From Camelus dromedarius (lineage: Eukaryota), in NCBI RefSeq assembly GCF_036321535.1, contig NC_087437.1:12154001-12218000 (forward strand): 64,000 nt of DNA. Direction: 5' to 3'. A program made the translations under genes and the position numbers. Shown here one piece after another: positions 25,980 to 38,669 of this stretch (the first letter of the stretch is position 1; each line of letters starts with the position of its first letter). The notes below the pieces were generated by a model. It made no database searches, was not told the DNA's origin, and worked only from the letters and a program-made list of their open reading frames with translations.

Positions 25980-26424
25980 GACACTAGTTTCCTAGGACTT
26001 CTTGTAACAAGGTTTCACAAACTGAGTGGCTTAAAACAATGGAAATTTATCATCTCACAGTTCTGAAGGCTAGACATCTGAAATCACGGTGTCAGCAGGG
26101 CCACGCTGAAACCTGCAGCGGGGAATCCCTCTGCGCCTCTTCCTAGCTTTCCTTTGCTTGCTACCAATTTTTGGCATTCCTGGGCTCACAGCTACCTAAC
26201 TCCAGTTTCTGCCTTGACCATCTCATGCACTCTCTCTGTCTTCACATGGTCCTCTTCTTCTAAGACACCAGTCACATTGGATTAGGGACCCACCTTATTC
26301 CACTCTGATCTTAACTAATTACATCTGCAGCAACCATATTTCCAAATAAGGTCACATTAAGGAATTGATTTCAACATATCCTTTTTTTTTTTGAAGGGTG
26401 GGGACACAATTTAACCCCTAATAG
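25980..26424 (-). mobile_element. MaLR LTR (MLT1-type) solo LTR
   Basis: 'tagtttcctagg...cacaaactgagtggcttaaaacaatggaaatttat...ccaaataaggtcacatt...gggacacaatttaacccctaata' is the characteristic reverse-strand MLT1 sequence. Confidence 0.88.
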
Positions 26425-27342
26425 TAACTACAAGAAATGTTTATTTGAAGTCTTAATTGGATAGACTTAAAGACACATTTCTAGTTCAATTGAATACACA
26501 CTTAACTAGAAATCATTGGTATCAAAAGTGCAGGTGCTGTTTGAGTTACATGAGATTATCAGAATAAGACCTTCCCCCACCAACCTCCAGGTGCCTCCAG
26601 GCACCTGAATATGACAGTATCCCATTTAGATAGAGATATAATTATATAAAACTTTTAAGACTTATACAGGACAAGAACATACAGTAATTATTAATAATAA
26701 TAGTAGCACAAAAATATTTGCCAGGCACAATTCTAAGTGCTGTATATTCATTTAACCCTCACAGCAGTCCTGTGTGGTTAGTACAAGACACAGATCTTGG
26801 AAGGAAAGGTGTGTTTTTTAAACCTTGTGTGGCTGACTTTTTTCGTCAAGGAACATCACGATCGTTTCGTACTTTATCATGTCCAGGGCACTAGTCCTCT
26901 TGTCTCCATTGCCTTGTTGCTGTAGTTTAGGGAATATACAGGCACCAGGGGATGTTGGCAGTCAAAACACAGGTAGAATGAATTTCTCTTAAGAGCTTCC
27001 CTTGCCGTGGGCTGCTGACTTGACATTTACTGGACTGAGTCCACCGTGTTTTCAGTGCCGCTGACAGAAACAAACACAAACTGGAGTCACTAAAACATGG
27101 GGGAATTATGACCATTGGAAAGTAAGCTCCATCCATGCAAGCTAGAATTGTCAGCTGCTCACTACTATTTCTGTAGTACCCAAAAGAGTACCCAGCCCAT
27201 TAGCTCAGTAAATATTTGTAGAATGAATGGATGACAGTAGTCAGCAGGCAGTTCAAACCTAAAGCTTGAATCAAGTCAAGGGAGATAGGGTGTTACTGGC
27301 TTTTGCTAGTTAGACAACATGTTTAGCTATAAAATTAAAAAG

Positions 27343-27765
27343 TATATATATATATATATATATATGTATAAAATAGATAAACAACAAAGTCCTACTGTAT
27401 AGCATAGGGAACCATATTTAACACCTTCTAATGGCCTATAAGAAAAAGAATATAAAAAGGAATATATATATAGAAAGAAATATATGTATAATATGTATAT
27501 TATATATGTATAATATATTTCTATATATTGATATATATGTATAACTGAATCACTGCTGTACAGCAGAAATCACATTGTAAATCACTTATACTTCAATTAA
27601 AATATGTATTAATACTATTATTAATATAACATATTATATTTAATATATTAAATAATTATATATAAAGTATAAATATATATATTTATACAGTGCTACTTTA
27701 TGTGTATATAATTTATATATTTTAATTAAAGTATGTGTACATATAGATACATAGATATATAAAAT
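27343..27765 (+). mobile_element. LINE-1 3' fragment embedded in (TA)n/AT-rich low-complexity sequence
   Basis: 'aaatagataaacaacaaagtcctactgtatagcatagggaac...cttatacttcaattaaaa' (27366-27603) matches the reverse complement of the 10676-11215 copy. Flanked by (TA)n and AT-only tracts. Confidence 0.85.
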
Positions 27766-28544
27766 GCTACTTTGGATACACTGATCTGAGATTTTGCTGA
27801 AAGAAAACCACACTGGGAACTCCAGCAACATGTCTTTTCCTCCAGACCCAAACCAGCACTTACTAAGCCGAACGCTTTTCTGCGCTGAGTGGCTGCTTTG
27901 TGTGTGTGGCATTTCTGCTTCCAACCCCTTCATGCCAAAAGAGGAAAATATAAACAGGAAGCTCCTTTTTGCAACTTTGATTCTTTTACTTCCCGTGCAG
28001 CCCCTCAGGCTACATTCTTTTTGGTGACAATACAATCAGTTTGCTTAGAGGCATAGTGACAATGAGTTATGAGATGCTGACCTCTGACATGATTTAAAAG
28101 TTGCAAACTGGAAAATACTTAGAGAATATACCCTGATCTTAACAGTATAAGGAGAGGCATTGCTGAAATACACTTTTTAGCCTAAGGTGATGAAAAATAA
28201 AATATTTGGGACATTTTGGTTTAAAAAAAAAAAAACACCATCAAACAAACAAACAAAAACCTTCCTAGAGGTGCTTGATATTTCAAATGCTTTCAGTATC
28301 AACTATTTTTAAGGCAGATCCTGCCATGAGTGACATACACTACTTGGAGAACACAAGTGGAGCAGAGACAGAACATGTTGTCTCTTACTTTTTCTCTGTA
28401 GAGGCTCTCCTCTTGAAAATGTCTTGTTTCAGTGTTAGCCTTCCCTGCCAGAAGGCTGTGTAATGGTTATGTGCCAAATGTCCCTTGTGGTTTTCTGATC
28501 TTTCCCAGTGCCTCCCCATTGCCCTAAAATATCTTTACTTTGGA

Positions 28545-28686
28545 GGGGGAGGGTATAGCCCAGTGGTAGAGTGCATGCTCAGCATGCACGAGGTCCTGGG
28601 TTCAATCCCCAGTACCTCCATTAACAAAATTAGTAAATAAACCTCATCACTACTCCCCACCAAAAAAAGCCCCAGCAAAACAAAAA
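28545..28686 (+). mobile_element. tRNA-derived SINE (vic-1-like)
   Basis: gggggagggtatagcccagtggtagagtgcatgctcagcatgcacgaggtcctgggttcaatccccagtacctcca plus A-rich tail. Degenerate TSD ctaaaatatctttacttt / ctaaaatgtatgcttacttt. Confidence 0.93.
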
Positions 28687-29614
28687 CTAAAATGTATGCT
28701 TACTTTTAAAATTTAGAAAAGTGAGTTACTTTCGGTAACCAAGACATTTCTAATCACACACTGGGCAGTTCAGCCTATTACCACAAAAGAATAAGCATGA
28801 TGTTCGTGAAAAGGGGAAATAAGGACTCATTCTGGAAAGCCAAGAGCTTCCTTTTGAAGGCAATCTGCTTGCTGTGTAGACCCAGTGCTATTTCTTGGTA
28901 AATGGGAGAGTTCACTCCATGGACCACCAGGACAGCCAGTCATTGGAGCAAGAGCCTAAAAAGATGTGAAATGAAATGAGGAATGATCCCATTTAAAAGT
29001 AACGATCCATCTCTGGGGAACATGAGTGAAACACTTCATGGTGACATCTTGTAACATCCCAAGATTCCCATATTTCTTTAAGAGAATTATAGATTTGCAG
29101 ACACAAAGAATGGGTCAAATACCATTTGGAGGCCAAGATGCTGATATAGGTGTCTTCTTACTGTTTCCTCGACGTTCAGCAGACATAGAAATTACTTCTA
29201 ATAGCTTAAAGGGGGCTTCATCTTACACTGATGTCTCCCTCTTTTTTTTTTTTTTTTTTTTTTTTTGGGCATTTGAACACTGACATTCTTTTACCTAAAA
29301 GGGTAAAGGGTAGTAGGGACACCTAAATGGTTAAGATACTCCAGGGCAAGAATTCCAAGGTCAAATATCTACAGGAACCAAGCAAGTGATGGACACGCAT
29401 GAAATGGTCTGGGAGTAACAAGAAGGGACTGCCAGAGTCATAATGAATCAGAGGAGCAGTGCCCCCTGAAAAAGGGGTAGTGGGACTGATGCCAGGTGAG
29501 AATGTGGGCCAGTGTTGCCAGACGTGCTAACATCTCTCCCCCTCTCTCAATGTATGTGATCACGCACGTGTAAGATACCATACAGGCCAGCAGCCTGCAA
29601 TCGCTGCCTTAGGA

Positions 29615-29890
29615 TCTGTCCCAAGTTTGCACCTCAGAACACTTTGTTCGTTCTGAAAGAGACTGAAAGCCAATCCGAAGGGGTTCCATGCTCATAACAG
29701 TTTGAGAAACACTGGGTTAAACACAGTTAACTGGGCTTCTTTTACTATAGGGCTTCTCAGAAACTTAAGTGTGTGACTTACACAGTGAACCTCCAAGAGT
29801 AGGCTTGGGGTGGGAAGCATTTCCCAGACTCATCTGACCCTTGGACCCGCTTTCTGTGGATACTTCATCAAAGTCCTTTGGAAAACCGTG
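29615..29890 (+). mobile_element. MER103-like hAT DNA transposon relic
   Basis: 'ggggttccatgctcataacagtttgagaaacactgggttaaacacagttaa...cttctcaga...gtgaacctccaagag...gcatttcccagactcatctgacc' resembles the recalled MER103C consensus. Confidence 0.65.
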
Positions 29891-32574
29891 CAGCAATTTA
29901 CTTCGCAGTAAATAATGTGAGTGAAATTCCTGTAAGTGAATATCCAAGGGGAACAGTAAATGTGGAAAACAAACAAATAGCCGGGTTAAAATAAGGCTGC
30001 CTGTAAGTGACCTTGGCAGGTTAGAAACCATGATTTCAATGTATGGAGGAGAAGTGGGAAGCAACTGTGCCTTTTTTTTTTTTTTTCAACTACATTGTGA
30101 ATTAGATGTTCTTATCATTCATGGGAGTGTTTGGATCTTCAAGTTTTAAGTTGAGAGTTAAACTAGAGATGATAAAAGAATTCTACTCCATAATATAATC
30201 TATTCCTTGGTACACGACAAAAATCTTGACTTTTGATATTCATCCATTTGGCATATATTTCTCACATACGTACTGTGTGCCAGGCAACGTGCCAGGCACT
30301 GAGTCTGGATTAAATTACTAGTCAAGCTAATGCCAGTTCTAACCTAAACCTGGGGGTCAAATAAAAATGTAAATTTTCAATTCATGATTTGTCATAATGG
30401 AAGATTGCTAACACAACTCTCTCCAAGGGTTTTCCTGACATTTTGCAAAGGAATAGCTTGTCCACAACCATTTGCCTAGTCATGATATGACATGACTTGG
30501 TTTGTAGTTACAGAGGTAGCTGCTACACACAGCACTGGTTTCTTCATCAGATACTGAAAACCAGAATGGCAGGAGTGTGTTCATTTCAGCCTGGACATTG
30601 GCTGCTGACAAGGAGGAATACCACTGCTATTTCCTGTTCATCCCTGGGAGTTCTCCACTTATCTCTTCATGCTGTTCTTTGTTCTTCCTCGATATTATTC
30701 TCACCCTCCTAATGTGTAACAATATTGATGCCCAAATCGCATGCCACGTCATTATAAAGTCGTCTTTGATCCTTCCAACTAGGGGTCAACTTTACTCTTT
30801 GAAGCCCACTACCCACATCTGTAACTTTCGTATGGTTGTGACCACTTCTCCTTTAAATAAGAAATGTTAGTTCAGTAATTTATTCAATAAATATATATGA
30901 AGGACCTGTTATGTGAACTGTACTACTGACAACTGGAGATGAAGTAGACACTTGTAACCTAGTATATGTTGGAATGTCTTCCTTCTGCTTCATTTACGCT
31001 ATAGGATCATTGAGTCCAGGATCACATCTTATATATATGGAGTGCAGTAGTTTGTACATATTTGCCAGATAGTTCGCTGAACATGGATTGATTTCCCCCA
31101 TATTTCTCAATCTTAGTTTTCAATCCTACCATTTAATGATGCTTCAGCAAAGAATATTTTCATTCACCTTTTTCTGAATGAAAATATTTCATTTTCCTGA
31201 AAATAATATGTCCATTCCATTTGGAAACACTGTTGACTTTCTCTCTTCATTGCTGTAATTTCGTTTCTACTTACAAGTAAAAATTTCCTTCGTTCTTAAC
31301 CATTGGGCACAGAAAGCATGTAACACAGTCTAAGCTGCAGATGTGGGGTTCTTCCAAGGATTCAGTATGTGCCGGCCACTTGACAAGAAAATTACTGCTC
31401 AATTAGAGTGTGTCTCCTCGTGTTTTATCCTCGAGTCGCGAGGCTTGCTCTCCCTTGCACACCCAGCTCTCCTGTCCTATACCCCATCTTTCTCTGTTAA
31501 TGAAAATTGTCCTTCAATCTGTTTTTCCTTTAGCCAGCAAACTAGTTTCAGTGGCAGTATTATGGTTACAGCCCACAGAAACCTTTCCCGTGCAGTAATT
31601 TAGCTGTCACTCTGGAAGCGGTAAAGCAGCAGGAAGATGGATGCTGAGCCCGGGGCTTGCCTGAGCAAGGTGTCCTGCATGCTCCTGCTTGGATGTGTAC
31701 TTACTAAAGAAGGCAGAAAAGTGTTTGCCCTGATTTCTCTTGGCCATGACTGCATTATAGCTAGAGAAAATATTTTTACTGGAACCCTGCAAATTGCTAA
31801 GAACCGTTGTATTATCCATGTAAAGAATAGAGATAGAGGGTGAAGATCATTTAGTGAGAGAATTGAAAAAACAAATGATGATGACATTTGTTGCAGGTCC
31901 CTTGATATGGTATTATATCAACACACCATTTTGGAATGATTTGGCAAGGGAAAGCATGAATGTGGGAGCATCCTATTGGAGAGCTAGTATGCAAAAGAAT
32001 AATCATTTCAGGTCCATCTGCTGACAGATAGCCCTGACCACTCAACAAATTGATAAATTACCTCTCTTGGCACTTTGGTTTGTAGACCAGCAAGTTGTTT
32101 ATTTGATTATGCCTTTAGATGTCTGAGAGAAGGTGGTGGGAAATTCACACAGGCAGCATCTGGCTCTCAAACTCAGTTTTAAAAAGTACTTCAGATATAG
32201 TTTATTGCTTTGTATTCTGAATAAACTTTATTAGGATGAAGCAGTCTATTCAAGGATTTAAGTCCTCAGTTAAATTAGCAGGCTTATAAATTGAACACTC
32301 AGTATTATCTTCCAAAGCAGTTAATTTTTTTAAATTTGGGAGCATTATATACACTTTATACATTATATACATTATACATGGTATTTATTATCTATACATT
32401 ATACATGCCTTATACATATTTTATATATATGTGTGTATATATATAAAATAATATATATAATATGTATATATGTAATGGTGATTACTTGAGTTCTGTGACT
32501 ATTTTAGACATGAACTTGCCCACATGCAGTTTTCTTCCCTTGGCTGCTCAGGTGGACACCAGACTTTGCTCTGT

Positions 32575-32890
32575 CCCCAAATGCTCCAGATGTGTTCCAT
32601 GGAACTCCTCATGGCAGAGATTTTTAGTGAATAAATGAATCCATGCTCAAGTAGGTTTAAAAAGCTTACTCATATAAAGTCTGAGAACAGACAAAATTAA
32701 CCTATACATTTTCTCAAAGTATCCCCATTATGAAGAGTCACCTTGAACATTTGCATATTAAAGATCTCAAGGAGGTCTTGCAATAAGTTAAAACTTTTAG
32801 GGTGTTTTCTAATAAATCAGTGTTCCCAAAACCTACTTAGCCACTGAAGTCTTTATCCAAATCAGTGACATGTCGAAGAACAAGAGAGCC
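32575..32890 (-). mobile_element. MER103-like hAT DNA transposon relic
   Basis: 'acatttgcatattaaagatctcaaggaggtcttgcaataag...cagtgttcccaaaacctacttagccactgaa' is a reverse-complement homologue of the 29615-29890 element. Confidence 0.5.
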
Positions 32891-33269
32891 TTAATTTATT
32901 TTAACAAACATAGAGTTACCTTACAAACCACAGTGCTTCCCATGAGACAGAGGTCTGGAGGGTGGAATTTCCAAGAAAAATCTGGTCCAGTGTGATGGGA
33001 GCTAAAAATGGGCTCCTAGTAACCAAGGGTATTGGATTTCTTCTTTGCTTTTCCCAGTCTTTTAGATCTTTGTGTGGAAAAAGAGCAATTAATGTCAGTC
33101 ATTTGCTGTGTGTCATCTACGGTGAGCCATCTCTGCCTTAGGCCCAAGAAAAACTAAGTTGGTCCTCCTCATATGTTCAAACTCAATATGCTCCTCAAAT
33201 AGAATTTTTTTTAGTTTTCTTAAACTGTTCCTTTTAAATCAAATGCTTTGGAGGAACATTTCTTATACT

Positions 33270-33680
33270 TCTATTAATCAAGGTATAACATGCACACAGT
33301 AAAATTCACGGATCTTACATATAGAATTCAATGAGTTTTGGCACATGCATACATGTATGCATACAACATCCCTATCAAGGTACATTTCCAATCCTCCAGA
33401 AAGTTCTCTCAATTTGATCATTCTCTTCCCCTTCCCAGCAGTCCATGTTAATCTGTGTCCTAGGTTTTACAGTAATAGGTTAATTTTGTCTGTCCTAAGA
33501 CTTTATATAAATGGATCTACCATTTTGTATAATGATATCTACCTTAGTATAATGTTCTTAGATTTCTCCATGTCATTGTGTATTCTAGGAATTTGTTCCA
33601 TTTTACTGCTGAGGAGTATTCCATATTATGACTATTCCTCAGTTTGAACATATGTCCATGGGCACTTGATTCTCTTCCAT
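33270..33680 (-). mobile_element. Ancient LINE-1 (L1M-type) 3'UTR
   Basis: 'aaggtataacatgcacacagtaaaattcac...aatgagttttggcacatg...tttccaatcctccagaaagttctctc' are typical old L1 3'UTR motifs. Confidence 0.7.
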
Positions 33681-35195
33681 TTATCTTTATATCTCTTTTT
33701 ATTCCAATACCATACTGTTTCCATACTGTTACCATACAATAGCCTTATAATATGTTTGAAATCTGGACATGTGATGTCTCCAGTTTTGTTCTTTGTCAAG
33801 ATTGCTTTGGCTATACAGGGTCTTTGTGGTTCCATATAAATTTTAAGGAGGATTATTTGTTCTATTTCTATGAAAACTGCCAATGGAATTTTGATAGGGA
33901 TTGCACTGAATTTGTATATTGCTTAGGGTAATATGGACATTTTAACTATTAATTCTATGGGCATGGAATATCTTTTCGTTTATTTGTGTCTTCTTCAATT
34001 TATTTCATCAATGTATAATGGTTTTCACTTACAAGTCTTTCAACTCCTTTGTTAAATTTATTCCTAGGTGTTTTACTCTTTTTGATAACAATAGTAAATG
34101 GAATTGTTTTCTTAATTTCTTTTTCTGATAGTTCATTATTAGTGTCTAGAAATGTAGCTGATTTTTGTATTTTGATCTTGTGTCCTGCCAGTTTCTTGAA
34201 CTTGTTTATTAGTTCTTACAGTTTTTTGGTGGAGTCTTTAGAGTTTTCTATATATAATATCATGTTGTCAGTGAATAGAGACAGTTTTACTTCTTCCTTT
34301 CCAATTTAGATGGTTTTTATTTCATTTTCTAACCTAATTATTCTGGCTAAGACTTCCAGTATTATGTTGAATAAAAGTAGCAAGAATGAGCATCCTTATC
34401 TTGTTCCTAATTTTAGAAGAGAAGCTGTCAGTTTTTCACTGTTGAGTATGATGTTCACTGTGGGCTTCTCATTATGGCTTTTGTCATGTTGCAATAAGTT
34501 CCCTTTTTACCCACTTTGTTGAGAGTTTTTCTCATAAATGGACATTGAATTTTGTCAAATATGTTTTCTGCATCTGTTGAGAGACTTACATGGTTTTTTA
34601 ACCTGAAATGTTGATGATGTAGTATATCACATTGATTAGTTTGCAGATGTTGAACCATCCTTGCATCCCTAGAATAATAAATCCCACTTGATCATGGTGT
34701 ATGATCCCTAAAAACATATTGTTGGAATCAGTTTGCTCATATTTTGTTAAGGATTTTTGCATCTATGTTCATCAGGAACATTGGCCTGTGATTTTCTTTT
34801 CTTGTGGCATTCTTGTCTGATTTTGTATCAGAGTAATGCTGGCTTTATAAAATGATTTTGGAAGTGTTCCCTCACTTTCTATTTTTGGAAGAGTTTGAAA
34901 AGAATTAGTATTATTTCTTCTTTAAATGTTCTGTAGAATTTACCAGTGATACCATCTGGTTCTGCGCTTGCCTTTGTTGGGGGTTTTTTATTACTGATTC
35001 AACCTTCTTACCAGTAATTATTCTGTTCAAATTTTCTATTTCTTCATTATTTGGTCTTGGTAGGTTGTATGGTTCTAGCAATTAATCCATTTCTTCTCAG
35101 TTGTTCAATTTGTTGATATATAATTGTTCTTAGAAGTCTGTTATGATCCTTTTTATTTCTGTGGTATCAGTTGTAACATCTCCTCTTTCATTTCT

Positions 35196-35370
35196 TTTTT
35201 TTTTTTTTTCATTCTTTCTTTTCTTATTCTTTTTTTTTTTTTTTCCACAGAGGGGAGGTAATTAGGTTTACTTATTTATTTGATTTTTCAGTGGAGGTAC
35301 TGGGGATTGAACCCAGGACCTCAGGCATGCTAGGCATGTGCTCTACCACTTGAGCTATACCCTCCCACCC
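35196..35370 (-). mobile_element. tRNA-derived SINE (vic-1-like) nested in L1
   Basis: 'gaggtactggggattgaacccaggacc...ctctaccacttgagctataccctccc' with a T-rich tail at 35196-35244. Confidence 0.93.
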
Positions 35371-35372
35371 CC

Positions 35373-35545
35373 CTTTTTTTTAAATTGAAGTGTAGTCAAT
35401 TACAATGTACCAGTTTCTGGTGTACAGCACAATGTCCGAGTATTGCATATACATACATATATTTGTTTTCACTTTTTTTCCATTAAAATTTATTACAAGG
35501 TATTGAGCATGATTCCCTGTACTATACAAAAGAAACTTATTTTTT
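35373..35545 (-). mobile_element. Short LINE-1 3' end nested in older L1
   Basis: 'ttttttttaaattgaagtgtagtcaattacaatg...ttccctgtactataca' matches the reverse complement of 9710-9865. Confidence 0.88.
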
Positions 35546-37450
35546 TCCTCTTCCATTTCTGATTTTATTTGAGTCCTCTCTCTTTTTTTCATGGTGAGTC
35601 TACTTGAAGATTTTTCTGTTTTAGATATCTTTTCAGTAAACCAGTTCTTAATTTTATTGACATTTTCCATTATCATTCTGGTTTATATTTCCTTTATTTC
35701 TATTCTAATATTTGTTATTTCCTTCTTTGTACTAACTTCGGACTTTGTTCTTCTTTTCTAGTTCCTTGAAGAATAAAGTTAAGTTGTTTATCTGAGATCC
35801 TTCTTGTTTCTTAATGTAGGCATGCATTTCCCTCAAAGAACTGCTTTTGCTGCACCATATAAGTTTTGGTATGTTATATTTCCCCTTTCATTTGCCTTGA
35901 GATATTTAAAATTTTTTAAAAATTTTTCTTTGACCCTTTATTGTTCAATAAATGTTGTTTAATCTCCACATATTTGTGAATTTTCCAATATTCTTCTTAT
36001 AATGGATTTCTAGTTTCATACCATTGTGGTTGGGAAAGATGCTTGATATGATTTCAGTCTTTTTAAATTTATTAAGACTTGTCTTGTGGCCTAACACCTA
36101 ACAATATGATCTATCTGGGGCATTGTTCCATGTATGTGTGAGAAGAATGTGTATTCTGTTGATTTTGTATGAAATGTTCTGTAAATCTTTTAAGTCCATC
36201 TAGCCTAATTAGTCATTTAAGTTTAGTGTTTCTTCAATTTTTGTTTAAATGATCATTCAGTGTTGAAAGTAGGGTATTGAAGTCCTCTACTATTATTGTA
36301 TTGCTGTCTGTTTTTCCCTTTAGATCTGCTAATATTTGATTTATTTATTTAGATGTTCCTATATTGAGTGCATAAATACTTACAGATACTGTATTCTCTT
36401 TTTGGATTGACCCCGTTATCATTACCTAATGACTTTCTTTCTCTTACATTACACTCTGATATAAGTATTTCTACCCCAGCTTTCTTTTGGTTTCCATTTG
36501 TGCAGAGTATCTTTTTCTCTCATGTCAGTTTCAGTCTATGTGTGTCCTTAAAGTTGATGTGAGTCTCTTGTAGGCAGTATATAGTTAGGTCTTGGTTTTT
36601 TAATCCATTCAGCCAGTCTATCTTTTGATTGGAGAATTTAGTCCATTTACATGTACAGTAATTTTTTATTGGTTTGGGCAGTAGGCAGTTAAAAAAATTA
36701 ATTTTTTTTTTCTGTCTGCATTGTAATTCCTTTGATCCTTTCTTTTCTTTTGATTTTTTTGTGATTAAATGACTTTCTTTGGAGGAATGCTTAAATTTCT
36801 TTCTCTTTCTCATTTGTGTATCTACCATAGACTTTTGCTTTGTGGTTACTATTAGGCTTACATGGAACATCTTATAACAATCTAAGTTGATAACAACTTA
36901 AGTTCAAACATATTAAAGCTTTATATTTTTACTCTGCCCTTACGTGTTTTACATTTTGATGTCACAATTTATACATTTTATTTTGTGTATCCATTAAAAT
37001 ATTGTACTTATAGTTATTTTTACTACTTTTGTCTTTTAACTTTTATACTAGATTTATTAGTGATTACCTATCACCATTAGAACATTAAATTATTCTGAAT
37101 TCAACTTTAGAGTGACTTTTACCCATGAGATTTATACTTTCATATGTTTTTCTGTTACTAATTAGTGCCCTTTTGCTTCAGCTTACCAAGTCCCTTTAAC
37201 ATTTCTTGTGAGGCCAAGCTAGTGGTGCTGAACTCCTTCAGCTTTTGCTTGTCTGGAAAACTCTTTATCTCTCCTTCAGTTCTGAAGGGCAGCTTTGCCA
37301 AATAGAATATTCTTGGTTGGAAATATTTTTCTTTAGTCACTTTGAAAATATTTTGCCGCTTCTTTCTGGCCTGCATGGTTCCTGCTGAAAAATCTGCTTA
37401 TAATCTTACTGGGGTTCCCTTGTAAGTAACAAGTTGCTTTTCTCTTGCTG

Positions 37451-38668
37451 TTTTTTTTTTTTTTAACATTTTTTATTGATTTATAATCATTTTACAATGT
37501 TGTGTCAAATTCCAGTGTTCAGCACAATTTTTCAGTTATTCATGGAGATATACACACTCATTGTCACATTTTTTTCTCTGTGAGTTATCATAACATTTTG
37601 TGTATATTTCCCTGTGCTATACAGTGTAGTCTATTCTACAATTTTGAAATCCCAGTCTATCCCTTCCCACCCTCCACCCCTCTGGTAACCACAAGTCTGT
37701 ATTCTCTCTCTGTGAGTCTATTTCTGTCCTTTATTTACGCTTTGTTTTTGTTTGTTTGTTTGTTTTTGTTTTTTAGATTCCACATATGAGCGATCTCATA
37801 TGGTATTTTTCTTTCTCTTTCTGGCTTACTTCACTTAGAATGACATTCTCCAGGAGCATCCATGTTGCTGCAAATGGCATTATGTTGTCAGTTTTTATGG
37901 CTGAGTAGTATTCCATTGTATAAATATACCACTTCTTCTTTATCCAGTCACCTGTTGATGGACATTTAGGCTGTTTCCATGTTTTGGCTATTGTAAATAG
38001 TGCTGCTATAAACATTGGGGTGCAGGTGTCATCCTGAAGTAGATTTCCTTCTGGATAAAAGCCCAGGAGTGGGATTCCTGGGTCATATGGTAAGTCTATT
38101 CCTAGTCTTTTGAGGAATCTCCACACTGTTTTCCATAGTGGCTGCACCAAACTGCATTCCCACCAGCAGTGTAGGAGGGTTCCCCTTTCTCCACAGCCTC
38201 TCCAGCATTTGTCATTTGTGGATTTTTGAATGACGGCCATTCTGACTGGTGTGAGGTGATACCTCATTGTAGTTTTGATTTGCATTTCTCTAATAATTAG
38301 TGATATTGAGCATTTTTTCATGTGCCTTTTGATCATTTGTATGTCTTCCTTGGAGAATTGCTTGTTTAGGTCTTCTGCCCATTTTTGGATTGGGTTGTTT
38401 ATTTTTTTTCTTATTGAGTCGTATGAGCTGCTTATATATTCTGGAGATCAAGCCTTTGTCGGTTTCACTTGCAAAAATTTTCTCCCATTCCGTAGGTTTT
38501 CTTCTTGTTTTATTTCTGGTTTCCTTTGCTGTGCAGAAGCTTGTAAGTTTCATTAGGTCCCATTTGTTTATTCTTGCTTTTATTTCTTCTAGGAGAAAAT
38601 TTTTGAGATGTATGTCAGATAATGTTTTGCCTATGTTTTCCTCTAGGAGGTTTGTTGTATCTTGTCTT
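37451..38668 (-). mobile_element. Young LINE-1, 5'-truncated, with uninterrupted ORF2p C-terminus
   Basis: Clean T14 tail. ORF 37773..38336(-) is 187 aa with the CCHC-type motif [18 protein letters not shown] and [21 protein letters not shown]. Upstream ORF2 sequence is in another frame (38290..38553), so there is a frameshift. Confidence 0.97.
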
Positions 38669-38669
38669 C

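Larger units (their letters stand above)
33690..37450 (-). mobile_element. Degraded LINE-1 body (ORF1 C-terminus, inter-ORF, ORF2 EN and RT remnants)
   Basis: 37158..37376(-) QPRIFYLAKLPFRTEGEIKSFPDKQKLKEF is the ORF1p C-terminal domain. 36520..36870(-) contains IYCLQETH (APE endonuclease). 34455..34658(-) contains STDAENIFDKIQCPFM (RT). Many stops and frameshifts. Confidence 0.95.

Noticed and set aside
37773..38336. 187-aa ORF as a host gene
   Set aside because: It is the L1 ORF2p C-terminus in a 5'-truncated copy with an upstream frameshift.
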